The position numbers and the translations under genes are program-made. The notes under the pieces are model-generated. The model made no database searches, had not been told where the DNA came from, and worked only from the letters and a program-made list of their open reading frames with translations. Below are positions 47,562-56,779 of a DNA stretch of 64,000 bases, piece by piece; positions within the stretch are counted from its first letter, which is position 1; every line of letters starts with the position of its first letter. Origin of the DNA: Polyangiaceae bacterium. Its GTDB lineage: Bacteria > Myxococcota_A > Polyangia > Polyangiales > Polyangiaceae. The stretch covers positions 96,001 to 160,000 of the forward strand of contig JBILLK010000003.1 of assembly GCA_044376115.1 (NCBI GenBank), in the 5' to 3' direction.

Positions 47562-48596
47562 CTACTGATTGCACTGGGCGCCCAAGCACGCGGCTACCTC
47601 GGCATCACACTCTTGCTGAATGCAACCGAAGTCTCCTCCACACGTGGGCAGCGCAGTGACTGCGCAGGTCAAGACCTGGTCAACGAAGAATTGCACGTCG
47701 GCACAGCCGAGCGACACGCAGTTGGAGACGCAAGTGATGCTGAACGCCGGGGGGTTCTGCTCCAGGTCGATGCATTGGAACGCGCAGGTGACGATCTCGA
47801 AGCAGGTGATCGGCTGACACTCACCGCAGTCTGCCGGACAGATCGCGCAGGTCTCAAAGTCTTCGCACTGATTGTTCGGGCAGACCGAGCAAACCCCGCA
47901 GTCTTGCTGGCAGGATGCGCACGTCTCACCGCCGCTGCAGATACCGTCAGGGCAGCCCGGGCAAACCCCACAGTCTGCGGGACACACGAAGCAGTTCTCG
48001 TTGTTCGGGTTGCAGACCCCGTTGCCACAACTCTCGCAAACACCGCAGTCGGGGGCGCAGTTCTGACAGTCTTCACCCGTCTCGCAAAAACCGTTGCCAC
48101 AGTTCTGGCAGACGCCGCAGTCCGACGGGCAGCTGTTGCAGTTTTCAACGTCATCGCAGACGTCATTGCCGCATGAGGGACACAAGCCACAATCGATCGC
48201 GCAGGTCGCGCAATTCTCGACGGCGTCACAGCTCAGGTTACCGCAGGACTCGCATTGTCCGCAGTCTTGGACGCAGTTGGCGCAGTTCTCACCGGCTTCG
48301 CAGGTCGTATTGCCGCAGGTATCGCAAACGCCACAGTCCGACGGGCAATTGCTGCAGCTTTCGCTGGCCGAGCAGGCCCCATCCCCGCACCCTTCACAAA
48401 ATCCACAGTCGAGCGGGCAGTTTTGGCAAGACTCGTCACTGCCGCAAACGTTGTTCCCGCACTCCTCCGGGGTAGGCGGCTCTCCTGGCGTGTCAATCGT
48501 CGGGCCCGAGCGCCCACACGCTGTTGAAGCGAGGCCGATAGCGACCAGGGCCGTTGTGCCAAGTACGAACGAGCGGAGAGTTTGCGCCAGCGCCAT
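47562..48596 (-). CDS. Cys-rich repeat lipoprotein
   Basis: Signal ending LASTAC; nine C(G/P)xxxCxxxExCxxCxxDCGxC repeats; Cys-rich helical C-terminus. Confidence 0.85.
   Translation of the reverse strand: MALAQTLRSFVLGTTALVAIGLASTACGRSGPTIDTPGEPPTPEECGNNVCGSDESCQNCPLDCGFCEGCGDGACSASESCSNCPSDCGVCDTCGNTTCEAGENCANCVQDCGQCESCGNLSCDAVENCATCAIDCGLCPSCGNDVCDDVENCNSCPSDCGVCQNCGNGFCETGEDCQNCAPDCGVCESCGNGVCNPNNENCFVCPADCGVCPGCPDGICSGGETCASCQQDCGVCSVCPNNQCEDFETCAICPADCGECQPITCFEIVTCAFQCIDLEQNPPAFSITCVSNCVSLGCADVQFFVDQVLTCAVTALPTCGGDFGCIQQECDAEVAACLGAQCNQ
47811..48461 (-). repeat. Nine tandem ~72-bp (24-aa) coding repeats, 6 Cys each
   Basis: CGNNVCGSDESCQNCPLDCGFCEG through CPNNQCEDFETCAICPADCGECQP; one unit is 25 aa. 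Confidence 0.9.
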
Positions 48597-48677
48597 GGTG
48601 CCTCGAAGGAATGAAGACTGCCGGTCTCCTACCATGGGCTGCGGGGGGAGGCACGGTTCTCGCGCAAGGTTTGATGC

Positions 48678-50120
48678 TCAGGGTTTGAGCCGAAGCCTAA
48701 TCCTTTGTCCCGGTCGCGATCGACCCAGTCGGCTCCTGGCGCTTTGGTCGAGTACCGCGATGACCGGGTAACCGCCCATCGTGGCTGAATCAGGGCCGAG
48801 CACGATCGGCGTTCCTTCCGGTGTTACCTGAACAGCGCCAGGTACCATCGGGTGCGACTCGTCTATTGCGGTGTGCTTGATGTGGATCGCCGGCCCATCC
48901 AAACGCGTCCCTACCCGATTGGAAAGAGATGAAACGGTGCGCGTATGTTCGAGCAGGGCGGGCAAGGCGTCCTTGTCGATGCGAGGGTCCGCGGTTGGAT
49001 GCAGGTGCAATAGAAGTTCCTCGGCCAACGGATCGGTGGCGGGAAACCGACTAGTTGGAGGTGCCTCCGGGGATCCGAAGGTGAGGAGCTGACCTTTGCG
49101 CAGTGGTATTCCCAGGGCGCCTGCCCAGGAGGCACCGAGAAGCGTCGAGCGCGAGCCCAACACAGGAGGTAGCTGCAGCTCGCCACCGAATCGTATGTAG
49201 CGAACGAGGTCGGCCCCAGCGTCCACTCGCAGTTTGTCTCCCGGCCGTAGCCAGCGCACCTCTTCACCAGCGATCCCAACCCACGTCGAACCCGCTTCGA
49301 TCGCGAACTCGATTGAGCCCAACGCCAGTTCGATCGCGGGCTCTCCAGCGCCGCAAAGCCGATCGAAGTTTTCACGGTCGAGCGGTCCGCCGCTAGGTAC
49401 GCCAAAGCGCCTCCAGCCGAGCCGTCCGCCGTCTTGAACGGTTGCAAGCCCGCCCAATTTGGTCACCCGAACGCGCACCGGACCTGCGGGCAACTCCGGC
49501 TCCATTAGCACGTCATGGGTTGGCTTCGGTGACTCAACGCGCTCGAAGCGAACGCGGTCGAGCAGATTGATGAGGGTAGGTGGATCAAGGCGTGGGTCGA
49601 AGAGCGAAGGTGCCGTGGCACGCCCAAGTAGCGTCCAGCCTCCGGGAGAAACGAAGGGATAAATGCCCGTGTATCCACCAGCGATACCAACGCTCAAAGC
49701 CTCAACGCGGGGTCTCGGTGACGCTCGTCTTGGCAGCACCAACCCTGAGTCGAGCCCCGAGAGGTAGGCGAAGCCAGGGAGAAAACCACCGAGCGTTGCT
49801 ACATAGGTTGGCCGTTGATGGCGATCGATCAGCTCGTCGACTGAAAGAGCCAGCATGTCAGCGGCAACGGCAAGGTCGGGGCCGTCATAGACCAAGCCAA
49901 TCCTATGTTCACGCGGCTCAGGTTGCATTGGCGCTGCACGTGAACGGTTCTGGGCTGAGCGCTGCTTGGAGACCAGTACCGATCGACTGCCAACGACTGC
50001 GTCTTCCTCACCAAACGACTTGGCCAACTCAAGCAGAACGCGCGCCCGCTCCACCGGCGAGCTGGGGAGCCCGTCCGGCTCGTAGAGAACCGCATCGGGG
50101 CCGAAGTCGCGGATGATCAT
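48678..50120 (-). CDS. pxpBC: Fused 5-oxoprolinase subunits B and C (allophanate hydrolase 1+2 domains)
   Basis: YDGPDL, GFLPGFAYL, PRRASPR, TGIYPFVSPGGWTLLGR; then TVQDGGRLG...GVPSGGPLD, SNRVGTRL, PGAVQV, TMGGYPVIA. Confidence 0.88.
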   Translation of the reverse strand: MIIRDFGPDAVLYEPDGLPSSPVERARVLLELAKSFGEEDAVVGSRSVLVSKQRSAQNRSRAAPMQPEPREHRIGLVYDGPDLAVAADMLALSVDELIDRHQRPTYVATLGGFLPGFAYLSGLDSGLVLPRRASPRPRVEALSVGIAGGYTGIYPFVSPGGWTLLGRATAPSLFDPRLDPPTLINLLDRVRFERVESPKPTHDVLMEPELPAGPVRVRVTKLGGLATVQDGGRLGWRRFGVPSGGPLDRENFDRLCGAGEPAIELALGSIEFAIEAGSTWVGIAGEEVRWLRPGDKLRVDAGADLVRYIRFGGELQLPPVLGSRSTLLGASWAGALGIPLRKGQLLTFGSPEAPPTSRFPATDPLAEELLLHLHPTADPRIDKDALPALLEHTRTVSSLSNRVGTRLDGPAIHIKHTAIDESHPMVPGAVQVTPEGTPIVLGPDSATMGGYPVIAVLDQSARSRLGRSRPGQRIRLRLKP

Positions 50121-50818
50121 GCTAACGGCGCCAGTAGGCCTTCTGTGCGGAGAGCGGTTGAGACTGCCCGTGCGTTTCGCAAGGCTCCCGGGCTATCGCC
50201 GTGCAAACACAGTGTCTGGAATCTCCTCAAACGGGCAAGCATCAGGGCTTGCGACACGCAAGCGTCTGTATCCTGAAGAATAGCTCCCGGTTCATTGCGA
50301 GGCACGAGGCGAAACTCATCGTCGTAGCGTCGATCGGCGAAGCCTTCGGCCGCGAAGTTGAGTCCGCGGGACCTCGTTGCTTCGGCCAACAACGGTCCTG
50401 AGCCGATGACGGTCGTCAGCTGAGGCATCGCTTTGGTTACTGCGTCCAAGAAGGCGGTGGCGTACGCAAGATCTTCGCTTGCGTCGTGATAGAGCCCACC
50501 GTGGGCCTTGACCAAGCGGATGCCCAAAGACGCGCTGGCAGCCAGCTCGCAGAGCACGCTGCATTGGAGGTAAACAGCGTCGTGCACGTCCTCTGGCCGA
50601 CTGAACTTGCGCCGGCGCCCAAACCCTTCGCGATCAAAAAAGGAAGGGTGCGCAGAAAGCTCGGTTCCCGCCGCCTTGGCTAACGCAATGGCCGTCGCCA
50701 TCGTGTTTCGATCACCCGTATGCCCGCCGCACGCGACGTTCGCGATATGGGCAATCGAGTACAGCTCGGCGGGCTCCTCCGGAAGCTCCCCTAGGTCGAT
50801 ATTGAGTGCGATCGCCAA
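50117..50818 (-). CDS. pxpA: 5-oxoprolinase subunit A (LamB/YcsF)
   Basis: LNIDLGE, ANVACGGHTGD, AHPSFFDREGFGRR, VKAHGGLYH, EGFADRRY, TLCLHGDSPGA. Confidence 0.92.
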   Translation of the reverse strand: MAIALNIDLGELPEEPAELYSIAHIANVACGGHTGDRNTMATAIALAKAAGTELSAHPSFFDREGFGRRRKFSRPEDVHDAVYLQCSVLCELAASASLGIRLVKAHGGLYHDASEDLAYATAFLDAVTKAMPQLTTVIGSGPLLAEATRSRGLNFAAEGFADRRYDDEFRLVPRNEPGAILQDTDACVSQALMLARLRRFQTLCLHGDSPGALRNARAVSTALRTEGLLAPLA

Positions 50819-50894
50819 GCGGCGAGGTTGAATCAGTCAACGGCCGCCGACCAGGGAAAACTGCTCGCCAAAGTGTGTTAGCCTCGCACGCCTC

Positions 50895-51947
50895 ATGGCG
50901 TTCAATCCTTACACTCCGCCCAGTGAAGTTCATTCCCCTGCTGCGGGCGCCAACCCGCAAATCCCGAACGCAGGACCACAAGCGTGGGAGCCGGGTGAGA
51001 CGATGGGGCGCGCTTGGGAGGCCTTCAAAAGCCAGTGGGCGACCTTGGTTTTTGCGCCGATTCTCGCGGGAATCCCCGCAAATGTCGTAAGTCAGATTAC
51101 GACCAAGTTCGCGTTCAACGAGCAGGATTTGCAGCGTATTGGGCAGCAAATGGGGAACGGTCGCCAGCCGGACCTGTTGAAACTGTTTAGCGCGGCGATA
51201 CCCGTTTTCATCATCACGATCTTGCTGACCGTCTTGATCCAAGCATTTTTCCAGGTGGGTCTGATCCGGATCTTTCTCCAAGCGGCGCGCGGTCAGTTCT
51301 GCCAATTCGGTGAGCTGCTCAAGGGAGGCCCAAGCTTCTTGAACATGCTTGGCGTGATGTTTCTGAAAAGCTTGATCGTGATGGCGCTGCCGCTACTTGG
51401 GCTAGGAATTGCCTTCGCTGCTGGTGGCGTTGAGGCATTGCCAATCGCAATGGTCGTTGTCGGTGTGCTGATGATTCCGCTCATTGTGGTTTCGCTCGGG
51501 CTCTCGATGGCGGAGTTCTACGTTGTTGACCAGGGCATGGGGCCGGTTCAGGCCCTCAAGGCAAGTTGGAGCGTCACCAACGGCCAAAAGGGCAAGATTT
51601 TCCTGCTTGGACTGATCAGCGTGGGCGTCATCCTGCTCGGCTATTTAGCTTGTTGCATTGGCGTGCTCGCCGCGATGCCCACGATTCAGGTCGCAAACGC
51701 GATGGTCTACTGCGCACTTTCGGGCACCGTTGGATATAGCGCCTTTCAACAGTACGGCGGCTACGGCGGACCGGGCGGCGGTTACGGCGGACCTCCTCAG
51801 GGCGGCGGCTACGGCGGACCGGGCGGTGGTTACGGCGGACCGGGCGGCGGCTACGGCGGGCCTCCTCAGGGCGGCGGCTACGGTGGACCTCCCGGTGGTT
51901 ACGGCGGACCTCCTCAGGGTGGTGGTTACGGCGGGCCTGGCTACTGA
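50895..51947 (+). CDS. Multi-TM membrane protein (DUF975-like) with Gly/Tyr/Pro-rich tail
   Basis: NPYTPP N-terminus, RAWEAFK, GPVQALKASWSVTNGQKGKIF, LACCIG; low-complexity C-terminus. Confidence 0.85.
   Translation: MAFNPYTPPSEVHSPAAGANPQIPNAGPQAWEPGETMGRAWEAFKSQWATLVFAPILAGIPANVVSQITTKFAFNEQDLQRIGQQMGNGRQPDLLKLFSAAIPVFIITILLTVLIQAFFQVGLIRIFLQAARGQFCQFGELLKGGPSFLNMLGVMFLKSLIVMALPLLGLGIAFAAGGVEALPIAMVVVGVLMIPLIVVSLGLSMAEFYVVDQGMGPVQALKASWSVTNGQKGKIFLLGLISVGVILLGYLACCIGVLAAMPTIQVANAMVYCALSGTVGYSAFQQYGGYGGPGGGYGGPPQGGGYGGPGGGYGGPGGGYGGPPQGGGYGGPPGGYGGPPQGGGYGGPGY
51753..51944 (+). repeat. Coding tandem repeat YGGP(PQ)GGG
   Basis: Eight YGGP units with synonymous variation (ggc/ggt, gga/ggg). 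Confidence 0.9.
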
Positions 51948-51952
51948 TCCAG

Positions 51953-51979
51953 GTTGACCCGACGCAGAGTTGACCCGAC
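51953..51979 (+). promoter_or_regulatory. Direct repeat GTTGACCCGAC x2 (16-bp period) upstream of lpdA
   Basis: Exact copies at 51953-63 and 51969-79. Confidence 0.3.
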
Positions 51980-52030
51980 ATACGGTGGGCCCTCCTCGCG
52001 TTAGGCGAGAGGTGGTATCCCTCTGCCCCG

Positions 52031-53434
52031 ATGAAAACCTTCGACGCGATCGTGATTGGTGCTGGCCCCGGCGGCTATCCCTGCGGCATCCGCCTTGGTC
52101 AGCTCAAGCAAAAGACTCTGGTGATCGAAAAAGAATCACCTGGCGGCGTTTGCCTCAACTGGGGCTGTATCCCTTCCAAAGCCCTGATCAGTGCCGCGCA
52201 CAACTACGAAAAGCTGCGGCACGGCGGCATGGGCATCAAGGTTCAGGGCGTCACCATCGACGCCAATGAGCTCCAAGATTGGAAAGAGGGCATCGTCAAG
52301 AAGCTCACCGGCGGAGTGAAGAGCCTCCTGAAGATGAACGGGGCCGAGCTGGCCATGGGTAACGCCACCGTCACGAGCGCCAATACGGTTGAGGTCGTCA
52401 GCGCCGACGGGTCGAAAGAGACTTACAAGGCCGAAAAGGCGATCGTGATTGCCACAGGCGCAACCACGGTAGAGCTCCCCACCTTCAAGTTTGACGGCAA
52501 CCAGATCATTGGGGCGCGTGAGGCCGTTAGCCTGCGCCACGTACCGAAGCGGCTGCTAGTCATTGGCGGCGGCATCATCGGTCTAGAGCTTGGTATGGTC
52601 TACCAGAAGCTCGGCTCTGAGCTGACGGTGCTTGAGTTCTTGCCGCAGATCCTCACCGGCGTGGACCCCGAATGCGCGAAGGTCGTGGAGCGCCGAATCA
52701 ACAAGCTTGGCGGCACCATTCACACGTCGGCCAAGGCGCTCGGATATGAGCGCCAGAGCGATGGCTCGATCGCCGTTGCCTTCGAGAAGGACGGAAAGCG
52801 CGAAACCGTTGTTGTGGACACCGTCTTGGTGGCCGTTGGTATGCGGCCCCACAGTCGGAACCTCGGCCTCGAGGCCGTTGGCGTGAAGATCAATGAGCGC
52901 GGCTTCATCCCGATCGACAAGCAAGGGCGCACCAACGTGCCCAACATCTACGCTGTTGGTGACGTGTCGGGGCCGCCGCTGCTCGCACACAAGGCCACAA
53001 AGGAGGGGGAAATCGTGGCTGAGGTGATCGCGGGTCACAAGGCTGCCATGGACTGGGCGTGCATGCCGGGGGCCATCTTCACGGATCCTGAGATTGCCAC
53101 GGCCGGCATCACCGAGGCTGAGGCCAAGCAACAGGGAATCGAGGTATCAATCGGTAAGTTCCCGTTTGCGGCCCTCGGTAAGGCGATGGCGATGAACGAG
53201 ACGGACGGCTTCGTGAAGGTCATTGCCGACAAGAAGACGAAGCAGATCTTGGGCGTTCACATCGTTGGCCCGGAGGCCAGCGCGATGATTAGCGAGGCGG
53301 CGCTCTCGCTTGAGATGGCGGCCTTCCTCGAGGACGTCTCGCTGACGGTCCACCCCCACCCGACGCTGGGGGAAGCGTACATGGAGGCGGCTGCACATGC
53401 GTTGGGCCACGCAGTCCACATCGCCAATCGCTGA
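52031..53434 (+). CDS. lpdA: Dihydrolipoyl dehydrogenase
   Basis: IGAGPGGY, GGVCLNWGCIPSK, GGGIIGLE, GDVSGPPLLAHKA, FTDPEIA, HPHPTLGE. Confidence 0.96.
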   Translation: MKTFDAIVIGAGPGGYPCGIRLGQLKQKTLVIEKESPGGVCLNWGCIPSKALISAAHNYEKLRHGGMGIKVQGVTIDANELQDWKEGIVKKLTGGVKSLLKMNGAELAMGNATVTSANTVEVVSADGSKETYKAEKAIVIATGATTVELPTFKFDGNQIIGAREAVSLRHVPKRLLVIGGGIIGLELGMVYQKLGSELTVLEFLPQILTGVDPECAKVVERRINKLGGTIHTSAKALGYERQSDGSIAVAFEKDGKRETVVVDTVLVAVGMRPHSRNLGLEAVGVKINERGFIPIDKQGRTNVPNIYAVGDVSGPPLLAHKATKEGEIVAEVIAGHKAAMDWACMPGAIFTDPEIATAGITEAEAKQQGIEVSIGKFPFAALGKAMAMNETDGFVKVIADKKTKQILGVHIVGPEASAMISEAALSLEMAAFLEDVSLTVHPHPTLGEAYMEAAAHALGHAVHIANR

Positions 53435-53479
53435 TTCAAGGCTGCTCCTGAAGAATTAGGCCGGTGCCGGCCAATAGAG

Positions 53480-53517
53480 ACGCTGGTCGCGCCAACGCGT
53501 AGCCAGCGTTTTTCTTT
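53480..53517 (+). terminator. Rho-independent terminator after lpdA
   Basis: ACGCTGG-t-CGCG-ccaa-CGCG-tag-CCAGCGT stem followed by TTTTCTTT. Confidence 0.65.
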
Positions 53518-53625
53518 GGCCCCTACCCCAGCAACCGACGGTTGAAGAGCGAACGAGAATGATGCGTGCATTCAACTAACAAAATTGGCCGAGACCAGCA
53601 GCCAACTGACGCTAGGCTCGGGGTG

Positions 53626-54888
53626 ATGGAGGCAAAGCGGCGGCCCTGCGAAGCTTGGCGATCGAGTCAGTACCAGTTGCGCGTGCTCGCACTCACACTG
53701 CTGGCGGCCTCGTGCACGGATCCCCTCCTGACGGTCGAGGAACCCCGGCAGAACCCTCAGCAATCGACAGGCGCCATCGACGTCGATCCACGCAGCCTCG
53801 CTGAACTCCCCAAAGTGGACGCGCGGTTGCGTAGCAGCCCGTACGCCTACTATCGCTTTGTGGCAGGGCCGTTCTCCACGGCGGTTTGTGACCATTACGG
53901 GCAGGCGACGCTCGCGATGCCTACTGTCAGCCTCCATGGAGACGCCCACATCGAGCAATACGCCGTTGCCAACGACGGCTTCGGCATCGTTGATTTCGAC
54001 GACGCGACGGCCGGCCCTCCGGTGGTGGATTGGCTGCGCTTTGCTTCAAGCCTCTGGATCGCGACCAACTTCAACGCCGATGAGTCAAAGTTTGCGTTGC
54101 TGCGCTTCCTGGAAGGCTACAGGCGTGGGTTGACGGACCCTGAATGCGTCTTAGCGGCCCCGGAGCCCAAAGCCGTGAGCCGCGTTCGAAGCCGTTTCAA
54201 GGGGAATGCGCTGGAATGGCTCAACGCCGTCTCATCGATGATCCAGCCGATTCACGGCCTCGATGAAGAGCTGATGCACCAGGCGCGTCGGCTCTACGTC
54301 GACGCGATGCTGCGCCAAAACCCCGAGCTCGATGAGCATTTCTTCAAGCTCAAGGCCGGGGGCGAGCTCGAGATGGGAATCGGCAGCGCACACGAGAAGA
54401 AGTTCTTGGTGCGAGTCGAGGGTCGAACGGACGATCCCGCTGACGACGTCATCCTCGAAAAGAAGGAGATGAAGAGCCACCTAACAGGCCTTTGTTCACG
54501 CGGCACGCGCGTCGAGGCGAGTCGCGTGATTGATGCCGAGGCGAAGTTCTCACGCACACCTCAAAGGCTGCTTGGCTATGTGAACGTGCTTGGTGCGCAC
54601 TTCTACATTCACGCTTGGCGAGTTCACTACAAGGAACTCTCGATCGCCGACATGGCCAATCCCGGGGAGATGGCGGAGCTCGCTTATGACTTTGGGCTAC
54701 AGCTCGGCCGCGGTCACCCGTTGCATCCCGTTGCCTCAGCCGAAGGGCGTGCTGAGCGTGAGGCAATTCAGCGATCGTTGGATGAGGTGGAGCCAGACTT
54801 GTTGACTACGTCGCGTGATTTGGCTGTGCGAGTGCGCCAGGGCTACGACCGCTATCAAGCTTCAACCGTTACAGCTCAACGTCATTGA
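53626..54888 (+). CDS. DUF2252-like (kinase-fold) protein with putative lipoprotein signal
   Basis: SPYAYYR, HGDAHIEQY, DFDD, GPPVVDWLRFASS, GIGS, VILEKKE, GLQLGRGH; hydrophobic VLALTLLAASC. Start uncertain. Confidence 0.7.
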   Translation: MEAKRRPCEAWRSSQYQLRVLALTLLAASCTDPLLTVEEPRQNPQQSTGAIDVDPRSLAELPKVDARLRSSPYAYYRFVAGPFSTAVCDHYGQATLAMPTVSLHGDAHIEQYAVANDGFGIVDFDDATAGPPVVDWLRFASSLWIATNFNADESKFALLRFLEGYRRGLTDPECVLAAPEPKAVSRVRSRFKGNALEWLNAVSSMIQPIHGLDEELMHQARRLYVDAMLRQNPELDEHFFKLKAGGELEMGIGSAHEKKFLVRVEGRTDDPADDVILEKKEMKSHLTGLCSRGTRVEASRVIDAEAKFSRTPQRLLGYVNVLGAHFYIHAWRVHYKELSIADMANPGEMAELAYDFGLQLGRGHPLHPVASAEGRAEREAIQRSLDEVEPDLLTTSRDLAVRVRQGYDRYQASTVTAQRH

Positions 54889-56734
54889 GTTCACACCAGC
54901 GAATGAGCGCAGCCAAGCACCACACTCGCCAAACGTTGATCTTGCGATCGAGGAACTGTTGCCAGGTTCTCGCCACCTCACCATTACTAAGTAAATACCC
55001 TCCGTTCTTGAGCAGGGTTTGCTCAACATAGGGACGCAAAGCTCCACGGCACCAGTCGTCGAACGGCAAGGTAAACCCCATCTTCTTGCGGCGGCTCGTC
55101 GCGTGCGGCAAGGCGGGCGCAGCATCGCAGAGTAGCGGCTTGTTACGCTCGCTCCGCGGATCAAGCTTCCACCCAGCACGCAGCGGCAAAACAGCTTCCA
55201 CCAAGACATGGTCAAGCAGGGGTACGCGCACCTCAAGTGAGTGCGCCATGCTCATGACGTCGGCGTCGCGAAGCAGCGTGTTCTTCAGGTAATGCCGAAA
55301 CTCCATAACGCTGAAGAGCCCAGCATCGTCGAGCGATGCGTCAGCAAACCGCTCATCGCGGTACCACGGCCAACGTTGTTCGTGGCCGTCCCGGGGAGCG
55401 AGAAGCCCCTCGACCTGGGCAGGCGTAAACATCGAGCGGAGGGCACTGTATGCGCCGACCGTTGACCTTGGTCCCGCCAGCAGCGCCGAGAGTCGGGCCA
55501 CCTGTTGCGCGCGCGCCGGCTCTAGAACCGCTCCGGCGATCCTCTCCACCCACGGCGACCGAAAGCCTCTTCCGGCGACGAGTCGGGCCAGTCCAAAGCG
55601 GCGAAAGTTATCGTAGCCAGCAAACAGCTCGTCGCCACCAAGCCCTGAGAGTGCGACGGTGATCCCGGCTCGCTTGACCGCCTCCGATACGAAGAAGGTG
55701 TTGACGCCATCAACGCTCGGTTGATCCTGCGCTGCCACCGCGTCATCGACGCGCGCGAGTGCCCCCTTCACCGAGAGTTCAATCGAATGGTGATAGCAAC
55801 CGTGCAACCGCGCGAACTCCGAGGCGAACTGGCTTTCGTCGTGCGCCGCTTCATCAAAGCCTACGTTGAACGTATGAATCGGACCCTTGCTCGTCTCGGC
55901 GGCGATCGCTGTAACAACAGCGCTATCCACACCGCCTGATAGGAAGACTCCAACTGGAACATCCGAGACGAGACGCAGTGCGACCGCCTTGCGAAGTACG
56001 GGGCGGACCGCCTCTACCGCCTCGGCATAGGTCCGCGTCGTGGTGGTGAGTCGGGGTTGCCAGTAGCACTCCACTCGAACTCGCCCGTCCTTCACGAGCA
56101 TGCAGGTGCCAGGTGCAAGCATCGTCACATCACGAAGGATGGTGTCGGGTTCTGCGACCGAACCCCATTGCAAGTAGCTAGCGAGACCCTGAGGGCTTAG
56201 CACGCGAGCTGCAGCCTTCATTGCGAGCAACGCACGCACCTCGGAAGCAAACGCGATGAACTCCGTCCCGTCCCCCACGAGGTAAAGCGGTTTGATCCCC
56301 ATTCGGTCGCGAGCCAGGAAAAGGGCTGCGGTCTGAGTGTCCCAAATGGCGAGCGCGAACATACCTCGCATTTCTTGAAGAATCCGCGATCCCCAGCGAG
56401 CGTAGCCCTCCAGAATCACCTCGGTGTCGGAGCTAGAACGAAAGGTCACCCCTTCAGCTTCAAGCTTCAGGCGGATGTCAGCGAAGTTGAAGACCTCCCC
56501 ATTGAACACAATTTGGTAGCGCTGATCGTGACTCACCATCGGCTGGTGCCCGAGGGGACTCAGGTCGATGATTGAAAGTCGCGCGTGGCCCAACCCGCAG
56601 CTGTGGCCTAGGGCTTCGCCAACAAAAGCCCCTCGGTCATCAGGGCCGCGGTGAAGTAGCGCCGTGATACCAGCTTCGAGATCGAAGTCTTTGCGACTGT
56701 CCTGCCGCTTAAGAAAGCCGATAAGGCCGCACAC
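54869..56734 (-). CDS. asnB: Asparagine synthase (glutamine-hydrolysing) family amidotransferase
   Basis: N-terminal CG, HRGPDD, RLSIIDLS, FNGE, SDTEV, RDRMGIKPLY, LSGGVDS, SGLGGDELFAGY, SLEVRVPLLD, KMGF; AAGGAG RBS. Confidence 0.93.
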   Translation of the reverse strand: MCGLIGFLKRQDSRKDFDLEAGITALLHRGPDDRGAFVGEALGHSCGLGHARLSIIDLSPLGHQPMVSHDQRYQIVFNGEVFNFADIRLKLEAEGVTFRSSSDTEVILEGYARWGSRILQEMRGMFALAIWDTQTAALFLARDRMGIKPLYLVGDGTEFIAFASEVRALLAMKAAARVLSPQGLASYLQWGSVAEPDTILRDVTMLAPGTCMLVKDGRVRVECYWQPRLTTTTRTYAEAVEAVRPVLRKAVALRLVSDVPVGVFLSGGVDSAVVTAIAAETSKGPIHTFNVGFDEAAHDESQFASEFARLHGCYHHSIELSVKGALARVDDAVAAQDQPSVDGVNTFFVSEAVKRAGITVALSGLGGDELFAGYDNFRRFGLARLVAGRGFRSPWVERIAGAVLEPARAQQVARLSALLAGPRSTVGAYSALRSMFTPAQVEGLLAPRDGHEQRWPWYRDERFADASLDDAGLFSVMEFRHYLKNTLLRDADVMSMAHSLEVRVPLLDHVLVEAVLPLRAGWKLDPRSERNKPLLCDAAPALPHATSRRKKMGFTLPFDDWCRGALRPYVEQTLLKNGGYLLSNGEVARTWQQFLDRKINVWRVWCLAALIRWCELNDVEL

Positions 56735-56779
56735 TACGCAGCTCCTTAGCGTGATCCCGACGCCACGTCATCGGGGCCC

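Noticed and set aside
47811..48461. Periodic ~72-bp repeats as a CRISPR array
   Set aside because: In-frame degenerate protein repeats with no invariant DNA repeat/unique spacer structure, and no cas genes.
48678..50120. PxpB-PxpC fusion as a novelty
   Set aside because: Such fusions next to pxpA are well known.
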